This document shows positions 1 to 12,239 of a DNA stretch of 64,000 nt, piece after piece (position 1 is the stretch's first letter; the number at the start of each line of letters is the position of its first letter). The stretch comes from Felis catus (taxonomy: Eukaryota). The stretch lies in the NCBI RefSeq assembly GCF_018350175.1, contig NC_058368.1, forward strand, positions 558,001 through 622,000, read 5' to 3'. The translations under genes and the position numbers were made by a program. Under the pieces are notes generated by a model. The model did no database searches. It was not told where the DNA came from and saw only the letters and a program-made list of their open reading frames with translations.

Positions 1-547
1 AGGGAGGTCTGCTGGAAAGCAATTATAGAAACTCAGTAGAGACAGGAGTTTGGACTAAGGTGGTACCAAGTATAAATGAAAAATGATCAGCCTATCAGCT
101 ACGTACATGTTCAGTACCTAATAGTGCTAAGCGGACTTAAGAGTTTAAGCCATTATCCTAACTCCTCCTTCTAGACAGTCATTGATGTCTTCTGATTCTG
201 TCATTCTTGGATTTTTAACAAAACTTCATTTCTTTACCTCTGAACATACCTTTCTTTCTCCTTCTACTTAGTGTAAATTATTAGTATTATTTAAAGATGA
301 TGTAATTTTCTAGTAAATAACTAGCAAACTATCTTACATGTAAATATATTTTACAGAAACTATAATAGTAGAATTACTGTTTTATAACCTGCCAAAAGAC
401 CAGGAAGAAAATTTTATGAAATGAGCCACTAGTCAAACTGGTAAAACTGTGATTGTCAGAACTCTAATATCATATTTGCCTGCTATAAAATTTGAATCTT
501 CAAACAGACTTTATTTTATAATAATAATCTTCATTGAAATTAAACAG

Positions 548-673
548 GAATTACCTGAAAACCCATGGGGGAAATTATCGATTCATCTCTATTTTGATGG
601 AATGTCACTTTCTTATTTTATGGCATACCATAAATACTGTACTTTTGAGCATTCTGAAGAGATATTGAAAGAA
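548..673 (+). CDS. RNF17: RNF17 coding exon ([42 protein letters not shown])
   Basis: aaacAG acceptor, GTAAGT donor at 674; 126 nt, phase 0-0; peptide matches recalled RNF17 C-terminal region. Confidence 0.93.
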
Positions 674-1611
674 GTAAGTGAGCTGTTTTTCTATAAGAAC
701 CTAAATTATTGAAAAACTGATTCTGGATAAAATGTCATATTTTGCCTTACACTTTAAGTCTTCAATATGGTTGTGTTTGATACGTTAAGAGAATATAGAG
801 AATTTTTAAATTATCTGTTGAGGAAACAATACACTACGTCATGCTTTATGTCCTAAATGTCCTAAAAAAAGACTTTAATTGTTAAGATTCATTTAATGTT
901 TCTGTATCTTCAAACCTAGTGAAAAGACCACCCAGTATCTAATGTTGTTTTATATATATGCTGTTTGAACATATACATACAAATCTTAATAGAATTCACT
1001 GCCAGAAAAGGATTCTCTCCCCAGATAATTTTTTTTTTTCCATTTATTTGACATTTTAACATTGTCCCCATTTTGCTTCTGGATTTTAAGCTTAGCTTCA
1101 AGAAATAGCTCCTTTCAGTTTTCCAGTGTTTCTGTTTTTTATATTTTAAAAAACATAATTAGCCTGTCATAGATATGTTTTCACATTGCAAGATGCCACA
1201 AATACTTAGTGGCAATAGGGAATCCATCATAAATAATAACATTAACATTTTATATAGCAAGATATTTTTTATTTCTAGACTTACAGTTCACTTGTTACAT
1301 TTTTAAATACTCATTTTCATGACAGGACACAACCAAATACTGAATGTGCAGTTCAATATAGAAAACTCTTTCTCACACTTAGAAATGTGATATTACTTTG
1401 TACATGTAATTCTCACTGCCAGCTTTTTCTTTTGAGCAGAGGGATGTGTGTGGTGTGTGTATGTGTGCTCATGTGTATTTGTACTCATGTGTTTGTATGA
1501 AAGGTGTTCCATCTGTTAAACTGGTTTTGTAAAGATTACTAAGTCCCTCCCCTCCCGTTGTACTCTTCAGTGTGAACATTTAAAAGAAGAGGTAAGAACT
1601 CCTACTCTTTG

Positions 1612-2160
1612 CAGTTGGCCCTTGAACAACACAGGTTTGAACTGTGTGGGTCCACTTATGTGTGGACTTTTTTACAGTACTGTAAATGTATCTTCTCTTC
1701 CTTATGACTTTCTTAACATTTTCTCTAGCTTACTTTATAATAAGAATACAATAGGGGCGCCTGGGTGGCGCAGTCGGTTAAGCGTCCGACTTCAGCCAGG
1801 TCACGATCTCGCGGTCCGTGAGTTCGAGCCCCACGTCGGGCTCTGGGCTGATGGCTCAGAGCCTGGAGCCTGTTTCCCATTCTGTGTCTCCCTCTCTCTC
1901 TGCCCCTCCCCTGTTCATGCTCTGTCTCTCTCTGTCCCAAAAAAAAAAAATTGAAAAATAGTTGAAAAAAAAAAAAGAATACAATATATAATACATATAA
2001 CATATAAAATATGTGTTAATCAACTGTTTTTTTTTTTTTTATTGGTAAGCCTTCTGGTCAATAGTTACGTTTTTAGGGAGTAAAAAGTTATATGTGGATT
2101 TTCCACTGTGTGTGGTGGGGGGTCGATGCCCCTAACCCTCATGTTGTTCAAGGGTAGCTA
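1612..2160 (+). mobile_element. Tigger2a-like DNA transposon with nested SINE
   Basis: TIR cagttggcccttgaacaacac ... atgttgttcaaggg; homologous to 53619-53939. Confidence 0.8.
1754..1974 (+). mobile_element. Young feline Can-SINE
   Basis: ggggcgcctgggtggcgcagtcgg head, CT run, A-tail, TSD aagaatacaata. Confidence 0.95.
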
Positions 2161-2382
2161 TAATTACCATTGACATGTGTTTAACATGATTTCGAAGATT
2201 CTTCTTGTTGCACTATGAAGATTACTCAGAACATTAGATTTTTGTATAGTTAACCCAAAATAACTGCATGAATGCCAACAAGGACATGCACCCAGTTTTT
2301 GTGGGGACAAAATATGAAAGTGCCTTAAAAATATTATATAGTTGAATTTGGTTTATTAGTTAACAATACTTTATTATTTCAG

Positions 2383-2439
2383 AAACTAACAGATTATGAT
2401 AAAAAGTATGAGGATGAAAGATGGGAAATAAGATTTGAG
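2383..2439 (+). CDS. RNF17: RNF17 coding exon (KLTDYDKKYEDERWEIRFE)
   Basis: tttcAG acceptor, GTAAGT donor; 57 nt, phase 0-0; in frame with neighbours. Confidence 0.9.
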
Positions 2440-2524
2440 GTAAGTTACAATCCAAACATTTTGGAAACTTGGATACTTCATCAATACAGGGGATCTAATA
2501 TAAGATCAGGAAGCAATAAGCATT

Positions 2525-3362
2525 TTCTTTTATAACAGCTTTATTGAGATATAATTTACATACTATAAAATTCACCATCTTAAAATGTACAATGCAGTGG
2601 GTGTTCAGTATATCCAGAGTTGTGCAATCATCACAGCTACTTAATTCCACAACATTTCATCATTCCAGAAAGAAACCCCATACCAACAGGAGTCACTTTC
2701 CTTTCCCAGTTTCCTGGAGACCAGTAATCTGTCTCTCTGGATTTTCCTATTTTGGACATTTTATATAAAGAGAATCACATAATATGTAGCCCTTTGTAAC
2801 ACAGTTTCTTTTACTAGAATAACATTTTTAAGCTTCATTCACGTGGCAGTATGTATCCTTATTAATGATGAATAACTTTCCATTACATGGATATACTACA
2901 TTTTGTTTATCCATTCATCGGTTGATGGACAGTTGGGTTTCCACCTTTTTGCAATTGTGAATAAAGCTGTGAACATTTGCATACAAGTTTTTATGTGGAC
3001 ATCTGTTTTCATTTCTCTTGGATATGGACCTGATTCCTACCAGTGGAATTGCTGAGTCATATAGTGACTTTTTACCATTTTAAGGAACTTTGAGACTGTT
3101 TTCCAAAGGGGATGCACCATTTTACTCTTATACTAGGAGTCTCCAAGGTTCCATTTTTTTTTTCCATATCCTTATCAACACTTGTTATCTGACTCCCACC
3201 CATCCACCCCCGCCCTGCCATCCTAGGATAGGTGTGAAGTGGTATTTCATTGTAGTTTTGATTTGCTTTTCTCTGGTGACTGATGATGGTGAGCATCTTT
3301 TCATATGCTCTTTTTTTGGCCATTTGTATATTTTCTTTGAAGAAATTTCTGTTCAAATACTC
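2525..3362 (-). mobile_element. Old L1M 3' fragment (continues at ~4600-4812)
   Basis: L1 3'UTR/ORF2-end motifs on minus strand. Confidence 0.8.
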
Positions 3363-4598
3363 TTCCCAGGATTTGACACCAAAAGCAAAGCCAACAAACA
3401 CAAAATTAAACAAGTAGGACTATATCAAACCAAGAAGCTCGGCACAGCAAAAGAAACCATCAACAAAGTAAAAAGGCAGCCTACAGAATGGGAAGAAGTG
3501 TTCGAAAATCAAATATCTGATAAGTCATAATATCCAAAATATATAAAAACTTACACAAATCAATAGTAAATAATAAACAATCTGATTAAAAAGTAGACAC
3601 AGGAACTAAACAGACATTTTTTCAAAGAAGATGTACAAATAACCAACAGACACATGAAAAGGTACTCAACATCACTAATCATCAGGGAAATGCAAATCAA
3701 AACCACAATGAGGTGTCACCTCACACATGTTAGAATGGCCATCATCAAAAAGACAAAAAGAAGTGCTGGTGAGGATGTAGAGAAAAAGGAAACCCTTGTG
3801 CACCATGGTGGGTATGTACATTGGTACAACCACTATGGAAAATAGTATGAAGTTTCCTCAAAAAATAAAAATAGAACTGTCATTCTCAATTTCACTTCTA
3901 GGCATGTATTCAGAGGAAACAAAAGCACTGTCTTGAAGAAATGTGTGCTGTACCCCATGCCCATTGCAGAATTATTTACAATAGCCACAACCTGGAAACA
4001 GCCTAAGTGGCCATCAGCGGATGAATGGATAAAGATGTGGGGTGTGTGGTGTGAGGCTGTATGTTTGTACACACTGGAATAGTATTCTATTTGGCCATAA
4101 AAAGGAACTCGTGCCATTTTTGACAACATAGATGGATCTTGAAGGCATTATGTTAAGTGAAATAAGTCAAAAATACGGTATGATCTAATACATGGAATCT
4201 AAAAAAAAAAAAAAAAAACTGAACTCAGATACAACAGATTGGTGGTCGCCAGGAGTAAGGGATGAGGAGAGGGGGAAATGCATGAAGGCATCAAAAGATA
4301 CAAACTTCCAGATGTAAGTCCTGGGGATGTAATGTACAACATGGTGATTATAGTTAACAACACTGTATTGTATACTTGAAAGTTGCTAAGAGAGTTGATA
4401 GTAAATGTTTTTATCAGAAAAAAAATTTATAACTATTATGAGGTTATTGGTGTGAACCTTTTGTGGTAGTCATTTCAAAGTATATACATGTATTAAATAA
4501 TTACGTTGTATACCTTGCACTAATACAATGTTATATGTCAATTATATTTCAATAAATCCAGAAAAAAATAGAAAATAAAGGTAAAAAAGAATGAAAAA
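3363..4598 (+). mobile_element. L1 3' fragment inserted into the older L1M
   Basis: ORF2 C-terminal peptides ([11 protein letters not shown]), 3'UTR, AATAAA and A-rich tail. Confidence 0.85.
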
Positions 4599-5118
4599 AT
4601 CTCCTACCCATTTTTAGTTGGGTTGTTTTTGTTGAATTGTAAGAGTTCTTCATATTCTGTATGTAAGTCCTTTATCAGAAATACGATTGGCAGGTATTTC
4701 CTCCCATTTTGTGGGTTGTCTTTTCACTTTCTTAATGGTGTCCTTTAAAGCACCAAAATTTTTTATCTTAACGAAGTTTTTTTTTTTTCTTTTGTCACTT
4801 GTGCTTTTTGATGCAGGAAGAGTTTTAATGAAAGTTTCATTATTAATAAGTAGAATTTTATTCCTATGATTATAAAAATAGCAAACTTATTGTCAAGTGC
4901 TTTGTAACAAATCAGTAAAATTTAGCAGTCATAGTCACTTTTTGCTGAACTCTACTAAGTGGTTCAGATAGATTTTGTTCTGTTTTGCCACCAGTTTGGA
5001 AATGTTAAATATTAATAAATTAATCTACAAATTTAAATGTGATTATTTTACTTTTTATGCTAATTACCACATTTAAGAATCTTTTAAAGCTTTCTTTAAA
5101 AAAAAAAAAAAACACCCA

Positions 5119-5336
5119 GGGGAACCTGGGTGGCTCAGTCAGTTGAGCATCCAACTTCAGAACAGGTCATGATCTCCTGGTTTGTGAGTTCAAGCCCCGC
5201 ATCAGACTCTGTGCTGACAGCTCAGAGCCTGGAGCCTGCTTCAGATTCTGTGTTTCCCTTTCTGTCTACCCCACCCCCGCTCGCATTCTGTCTCTCTCTT
5301 GTCTCTCTCTCTCTCAAAAATAAATAAACATTAAAA
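5119..5336 (+). mobile_element. Can-SINE
   Basis: tRNA-like head, CT run, AATAAA tail. Confidence 0.92.
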
Positions 5337-5944
5337 GATTTTTTTTTTAAACATCCAAATTTTTATAATACTTTTGCGTTTAATAACTGCTGACTGCCAG
5401 GATCCTCTTGGGAATCACATAAGTTTTAGTTTTTGGTTATGCTTTTTTAGAGTTTAAAGACAGCACACTTTTTTTTTTTTTTTTTTTTGACGATTTTAAC
5501 TTGAATCTTCCTTTGGCATTTCATATATTATTTTAGTTTTTATTATAAGGTATATACTTATTCTAAAAATAAATACTGTAGAAATGTGAATAGAAAAAAA
5601 GTCCCCTTTCTACACATCAGATGCCCCAGTCCCACTAAGCAGTGACAATTACCATTAACTGTTAGCCAGTCTTCCAGAGTTTTGTGTGTATATGTAAATA
5701 TGTATACATAAAAAAAAAAATTCATCTGAGTTTTTAAACACACACAAAAATTTTTTAACTGGAGGAACAAAAGAGTGCTGAAGATCTTTACTCACATTTT
5801 GGTCCTAAAACAAAATTATTTTGTGGTATTCATTATCTAAGAGAGCTTGCTTTCTGCTAATTGAAAATTAATTGGCACTGTAATGAATGTATTGGATTTC
5901 TGTAATAGCTATTCTGAAATCTGAATTTGTTTTTGGTGCTTTAG

Positions 5945-6061
5945 GAATTGCTTTTGTCTGAAACAGAAACTCCTATTTTACCACCATACTTGCCTTCATC
6001 TCTGCCTCCCCCAGAAGAACTCTATGCTGTTCAAGTTAAACATGTGGTCTCACCTAATGAG
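5945..6061 (+). CDS. RNF17: RNF17 coding exon ([39 protein letters not shown])
   Basis: ctttAG acceptor, GTATGT donor; 117 nt; start of the last extended Tudor module. Confidence 0.94.
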
Positions 6062-6339
6062 GTATGTGGTCTAAATGATCGGTTGTTGGTTAAAAATACA
6101 ACAGGCAGGAATACAAATACAACTCGAGGATCAACTCTTCACACTTCTGTCTTCCTGATCTTAAATAATTGAAAATCAGTGACCTTCAGTTTGCCCACTG
6201 TGTCATTTCCTCTTCAGACATTTGTTAATAAAGCAAGTTTTTCAGGCAGTTGCTGTGTTTCCAGTATTGTGTTGCTTTAGTCATGTTTATATCAATATTT
6301 AGGTTTTTAGGGCAGAACTGTTTCTATCTATGAAATCTT

Positions 6340-6592
6340 AAACATCTCATTTCCGTGGCTTCTTCCCACATTGAACTCTAGCTGCTCTTTACCCTGCTCT
6401 GTTTTCCATGCCACTTATCGTCTTCTAACACACAGTGTCCCTTTCTTACTATGACTGTCTGCTTCACCCTACTAGAATGTAGCTCCATGAAGACTAGGAC
6501 TTTTGCCTGATTTGGTCACAGATGTGTTCCCAGAACTAGAATGCTGCCTGTTATATAATGGGCACTCAACAAATATTGACTGAATAAATAAG
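6340..6592 (+). mobile_element. L2 3' end
   Basis: ctagaatgtagctccatgaag...gcactcaacaaatattgactgaataaat. Confidence 0.7.
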
Positions 6593-6781
6593 TTCACTAA
6601 AGAAAATTCAATTACATGACCTTGCCTAACAAGAAAGAAGTGACAAATTAAGTAGCTCAGGCCGTTCCTTCAGCTCTTTTCCATAGTAAACCGTTTTTCA
6701 CAGGCGGAAGAATTTGCTATATAATTCCATCAGAGAAAATAGTATACAGCTGTAGTTGGTTTTTGTAATGATTTCTTTTCC

Positions 6782-7226
6782 TATTAGTTATTTATTTCTG
6801 CATCACAAATTACCCCAAACTTAGCTTGGAACAAAACCCACATGAGAGTCAGAAATCCAGGAGCTACTTAATTAGGTACTGGCTCGGGATCTCTCGCTGA
6901 CGGGCTGTGGAGATGCTGGTGGTAGAAATGGCACCCAGGCCCCACTTCCAAAAAGACTCTGCTGGGTGTGGTCTGGAGGCTCAGTGCTTTGCCCTGTGGG
7001 CCTCCCCGCGGGCTTGCTGGGAACATGGCGCATGCTTCCCTGAGGAGAGTTGCAGGGAGAGCATACGGCCAAGACAGGGGCCACGTGTCTTTGATGCTCT
7101 GATCTCAGCAGTAACATATCATCACTCCTGTCACACTCTCTTGTTCACAATGATCAACTCTGGTCTGATGTGGGAGAGGAACTGTACAAGGGATCATCAA
7201 GGCCCTTGTTCAGACTGCCTGCTGCA
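6782..7226 (-). mobile_element. MLT1-family (MaLR) solo LTR
   Basis: tattagtta...acaaattaccccaaacttag terminus and internal MLT1-like motifs. Confidence 0.7.
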
Positions 7227-7301
7227 ATAATTTTGTCCATATAAGTGGATACTAAAAATTACAAAATTCGAAAGTCTTTTCCTTCCCTTCTCCCCACTTA
7301 G

Positions 7302-7470
7302 GTGTATATTTGCCTTGATTCTGTAGAAAGTTGTAATCTGTTTAACCAGCATAGTGACACAGATGACAGTGGAGTTAGCTGGGAATCTGAGTCTGAAAGC
7401 CTTAACGAAGCACTGAGGAGGTTCAATAAGAATGTGGAAACATTTCCTCCGCTGACGGATTTTAGAACAG
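7302..7470 (+). CDS. RNF17: RNF17 coding exon (VYICLDS...PPLTDFRT)
   Basis: strong pyrimidine tract plus AG, GTATGC donor; 169 nt, phase 0-1. Confidence 0.94.
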
Positions 7471-9144
7471 GTATGCTACATTTTCTGAGTATAATAGGAT
7501 CCTTAATAAAACCGTTGTTTTGTTTGAATGGACTTTTGAGGCTGGGCTATTTCTAATGTTAACTGATACTTGTACACTTTATAAGCACCATCTCTTTGAA
7601 TCCACAAGACACTGTAGATGAAGTGTCGTTCTCATTTTCTAGATGAAGGGAAGTAACTGCCTTGGGGCATTTCCATGTTCCAGAACTCGGTCTGCATTGG
7701 AAAATTGACTGCATAAGATGATTTTTCTAAGCCTGAGGTTTTACCATTAGCTCAAATTGTGAAAGTTGTCATTCAGACCTAAATGACATTAATTTTAATT
7801 ACAAACCACCTAAGTTGGTAATTTTGAAGTAGGATATGGGCACTCAGATTGTGTCCTGTCTTGTCAGGATAGGTCAAATAGTGCTGTATATTTTTCTTCT
7901 AATCCATTCCTACCCATCTTTATTGTATATGTGATTCTTTTAAGAAAAAAAATGCATCTCATTACTGGTGTTGACAATTTCTGAAAACCAAGAGTGGTAT
8001 CTATACATTTTTATCACTATGTGATACAGAGATGTATTTTTTCTTAGTATTTTGTGTATCAGAGGATAAGCTAAAGCAAAGCAAAGCATGAGCCTAAAAT
8101 CTTACCTGATTCTACTCAATGAGATTTTAATTAGTTGTGACTCATGTTTGGCTGATAAACAGCACTCGCTTTCCCTCTGTTCTTCCCCCAAACTGTACAT
8201 AGCAGTTTAGATGTCTGCTCAACCGTCCCCACACTGTAGGTGTTCCCTGCCCTCCCCATAGAAGGTAGCATTGCCCGCCACCCTCCCCTGCCCCATTTTT
8301 CCTCATGCGTACTGCTTCTTTTTCAAAAAGCACTGTGAGTTGGGACTCTCTGTACCTAGTTGTGTCATCAGCAATTAGAAGGGCACCTTGTGCAAGTTAG
8401 GTGCTCATAAACATTTGTTGAAGGAGTGACAAATAAATTCATGATTTTTTCTTTTTATAAACTCAGATTTATAGCCTGGATGAGATAATTCCTTCCTCAT
8501 TGTGTTCTTGTCTAAAGGGAAGTCACAGAAACCTACTGTGTGTAATGTGATTATTCATGGAGCTATACATATATTGTGCATTTTCTGTGGGTATTTTATC
8601 CTTCAGTAAAAGTTTTTTTTTAATATGCATATGTACAAGTTGATTTGTAGGCAAATGCCTATTAAAAAGTTATTTCGTAGGTTAAAATAACATGACGACT
8701 AGGTTGGTTGGGTTGTTGTGTTGTTTTGTTTTGTTTTTAATTCTATTTTGAGATGAAACTTCAGCCATGTTTTTAAGGCTGGAAATGGTAAAAGTTGGAA
8801 GGACTGTTAACAGTGATTCAGTCAATTGCTTACTATGCAGACCGCTCTATTAGAGGAGATTCTTTACTGTTTCATTGATAATCTTCTCTATAAACTCAAG
8901 AAATTGTTTACAACTCTTTCATAAAAATCTTTGTACATTAGAGTTGTGTAGTATTTAAATACCATTTGCCCACAACTACACTTTTGTGGAGATTATGTAG
9001 AAGAGAATAGGATAACATACAGAATAAGAGGGGTGGAAGTAGAAGAAGACAGGAGGCTGAAGTATGCTCTGTCTACCCTGAAATCTAAAAGTGTATGAAG
9101 AAAAGGGAAGTAGATACTATACTAATTTTTCCAGTTTTACTCAA

Positions 9145-9910
9145 GCGTAGCATTCATTCATTAGATTTTTTACCAAGCAATATGGTACCAGATACCGTAT
9201 TAGGAATACAAATATAGTTCTGCACATAAGAACTAGTGGGCTTGCTGAGAGGGGCATGAAAACTAAGTTCAGTATGAAAATAACAGCTTGCATTAAAGGT
9301 GTGTTCACAGTGCCGTAGGATCACAGAGAAACCAACGATTAGTAGTAGTCAGGGCTTTGTAAAATTGGAGCTGATCTTTGAAAGAGAGGTTTATCATTAA
9401 AGGGGGCATTGAGGAACATTCTAGATATGGGGAACAGCCAGGAGCTAAAGTAGAAGCTTAAGTGATTCTAGTTAGGTAACACTTGAGGATATGTGGTAGG
9501 AGATGGTTGGGAGTAGATTGTGAAGAACCCTATATATTGCAGTACTAAGGACTTGATACTGGAGATGTTTATAATGCCGTTGAAGAATTATAAACAAGGG
9601 CAATTGAATTTTTTAAATTTAATCCTGGTGGTTTTCTACAGAATGGATTGAAGGAGGAGCAAATTGAAAGCAGGAATAGCAGAAAGCATCTTTTGCAGAA
9701 GATGATGGCTCAAATGAAAAGACATTTGGGAAGTCTAAGATGCAAGGGCAGTGCAAGGATGGTCTAAGCCATGGGCAGAGGAACTAGGAACTGTGAGAAT
9801 GGGAGAAGTACCTTTCTTCAGAGTTTAGTGCTTGGGAATTAGGAGAAACAGGTGCATAGACTGTAAGCAGAAACATGCAGGATCCAGTGTTTGACAAACT
9901 GTTGAGTGTT
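9145..9910 (-). mobile_element. Decayed L2
   Basis: cattcattcatt terminus and purine-rich L2-like body. Confidence 0.6.
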
Positions 9911-10027
9911 TAGTTCTGAATGGTGGGTTTATGGTGTTTACGTTTTCTTTGTACTTTCTGTATTACAAACAATTTTTTAAAGAAAATACAAAGCAATGTG
10001 ATTTTTTCCTTTTTTCTGTCTTTCTAG

Positions 10028-10163
10028 AAATGCCTTGCCTTGCTGAATATGATGATGGCTTATGGTATAGAGCAAAGATTGTGTCTGTTAAAGAGTTTAA
10101 TCCTCTAGTTGTCCTGGTGCAATTTGTTGATTATGGATCAACTGAAAAGCTGACAATAAACAG
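10028..10163 (+). CDS. RNF17: RNF17 coding exon, Tudor core ([19 protein letters not shown]...[16 protein letters not shown])
   Basis: canonical Tudor motifs DGxWYRA and FVDYG; 136 nt, phase 1-2; donor GTTTTT. Confidence 0.95.
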
Positions 10164-10355
10164 GTTTTTTTTTTTCTTTTAAGTCAACTTAGTTGAATTA
10201 GAATTCTTAGAGCTTTTTAAAATAATTATTGGGAAAGTTTTGGTTCTTCTTATAAAAGAAAAACTATTTTAAAGCTATTTATTTATTAGGATTTTTTAAA
10301 TCTATAAGTCTCTTTATTGTAAAATATAACAAACTTTACCATTTTAGCCATTTTT

Positions 10356-10756
10356 TTCTTTTTTTTTATTTTTCTGTTTCTTTTTTGTTAATTTAATTTT
10401 TTATTTTTTAAAATTTACATCCAAATTAGTTAGCATAGAGTGCAACAATGATTTCAGGAGTAGATTCCTTACTGCCCCTTACCCATTTAGCTCTTCCCCC
10501 TCCCACAACCCCTCCAGTAACCCTCAGTTTGTTCTCCATATTTATGAGTCTCTTCTGTTTTGTCCCCCTCCCCGTTTTTATATTATTTTTATTTCCCTTC
10601 CTTATGTTCATCTGTTTTGTCTCTAAAGTCCTCATATGAGTGAAGTTATATGATTTTTGTCTTTCTCTAATTTCACTTAGCATAATACCCTCCAGTTCCA
10701 TCCACGTAGTTGCAAATGGCAAGATTTCATTGTTTTTGATTGCTGAGTAATACTCC

Positions 10757-10811
<55 letters not shown>

Positions 10812-11150
10812 ACCACATTTTCTTTATCCATTCATCCATTGATGGACAGTTGGGCTCTTTCCATACTTTGGCTATTGTTGATAGTGCTGCTATAAACATG
10901 GGGGTGCCTGTGTCCCTTTGAAACAGCACACCTGTACCCCACGGATAAATGCCTAGTAGTGCAATTGCTGGGTCGTAGGGTAGTTCTATTTTTAGTTTTT
11001 TGAAGAACCTCCATACTGTTTTCCAGAGTGGCTGAACCAGCTTGCATTCCCACCAAAAATGCAAAGGCATTTTGGCTTTCTCTGCATCCTTGCCAACATC
11101 TGTTATTGCCTGAGTTGTTAATGTTAGCCATTCTGACAGGTGTAAGATGG
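10356..11150 (-). mobile_element. Young feline L1 3' fragment with 19 bp TSD
   Basis: 214 aa ORF2 C-terminal ORF; poly(T) on +; TSD taccattttagccattttt at 10337-10355 and 11151-11169. Confidence 0.93.
10759..10809. repeat. (TG)n microsatellite, about 25 units
   Basis: perfect TG run inside the L1. Confidence 0.97.
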
Positions 11151-11169
11151 TACCATTTTAGCCATTTTT

Positions 11170-12238
11170 AAGCATACATTTAATTGGTGTTAAGTACATT
11201 CAGGATGTTGTGCAGCTAATGCCACTATCCATTTTCAGGACTTTTTCCTGATCCCACACAGAAATTCTGTACACGTTAAACAATAACGTTCCATTCCTTT
11301 TCCTTAGCTACTGATCACCTTTATTCTACTTTCTGTCTTCATGAATTTGCCCTATTTTAGGTACCTTATATAAGTACTATCATAGAGTGTTTGTCCTTCT
11401 GTGTCTGGTTTATTTTACTTAGGATAACATTTCCAGGGCATATTCAATTATAGCATGTATCAGAATTTCATTATTTTTATGGCTAAATAACACTCCTTTG
11501 TATATACCACATTTGGTTTATTCATATGTTGATGGACACGTGGGCGATTTCCATCCTTTGGCTATTGTGAATAATGCTGCTTGGACATTAATGTACAAGT
11601 AGCTGTTTGAGTCCCTGCTTTATGTTGTTTGGTGTGTATACTTAGAAGTGGAATTGCTGGATCATATAGTAATTTTGTTTAACTTTTTGGGGAACTGCCA
11701 AACTTTTCTGCAGTGTCTATACCATTTTACTTTCCTGCCAGCAATGCATAAGGCTTCCAGTTTCTCCACATCCTTGCCGACACCTGTTTTTTTTTCTAAT
11801 TTTTTTTTGCTTGTAATATTTGATTGTGGTAAAATACATGTATCATAAAATTTACGATTTTAACCACTTTTAAATGTACAGTTAAGTAATGTTAGCTATA
11901 CTTACATTGCTATGTAGCCAACCTCCAGAAATCTTTTCATTTTGCAAAACAGAACCTTTGTACCCTTTAAACAGTATTCCCCCTCTTTCGCCCCTCATCC
12001 AGTCCCTGGCAGCCACCATTCTACTTCTTTCCCTATGAATTTAACTGTTGTAGGTATCCCATATAAGTAGAATCATGCAGCATTTGTCTTTGTATAACTA
12101 GCTTATTTCATTTAGCATAATGTCCTTAAGGTTCATCCATGTGGTAGCATGTATCAGAATTTTCTTCCTTTTTAAGGCTGGATAATATCCCATCATTGTA
12201 TATATTACCTTTTATTTATCCATTCATCCATTGATGGA
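11170..12238 (-). mobile_element. Old L1M 3' fragments (two stacked copies; continuation at ~14160-14745)
   Basis: repeated L1 3'UTR motifs on minus strand. Confidence 0.75.
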
Positions 12239-12239
12239 T

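Noticed and set aside
6872..7230. Overlapping 81 and 107 aa ORFs as an extra exon or gene
   Set aside because: They fall within an MLT1 LTR; RNF17 splices in frame without them.
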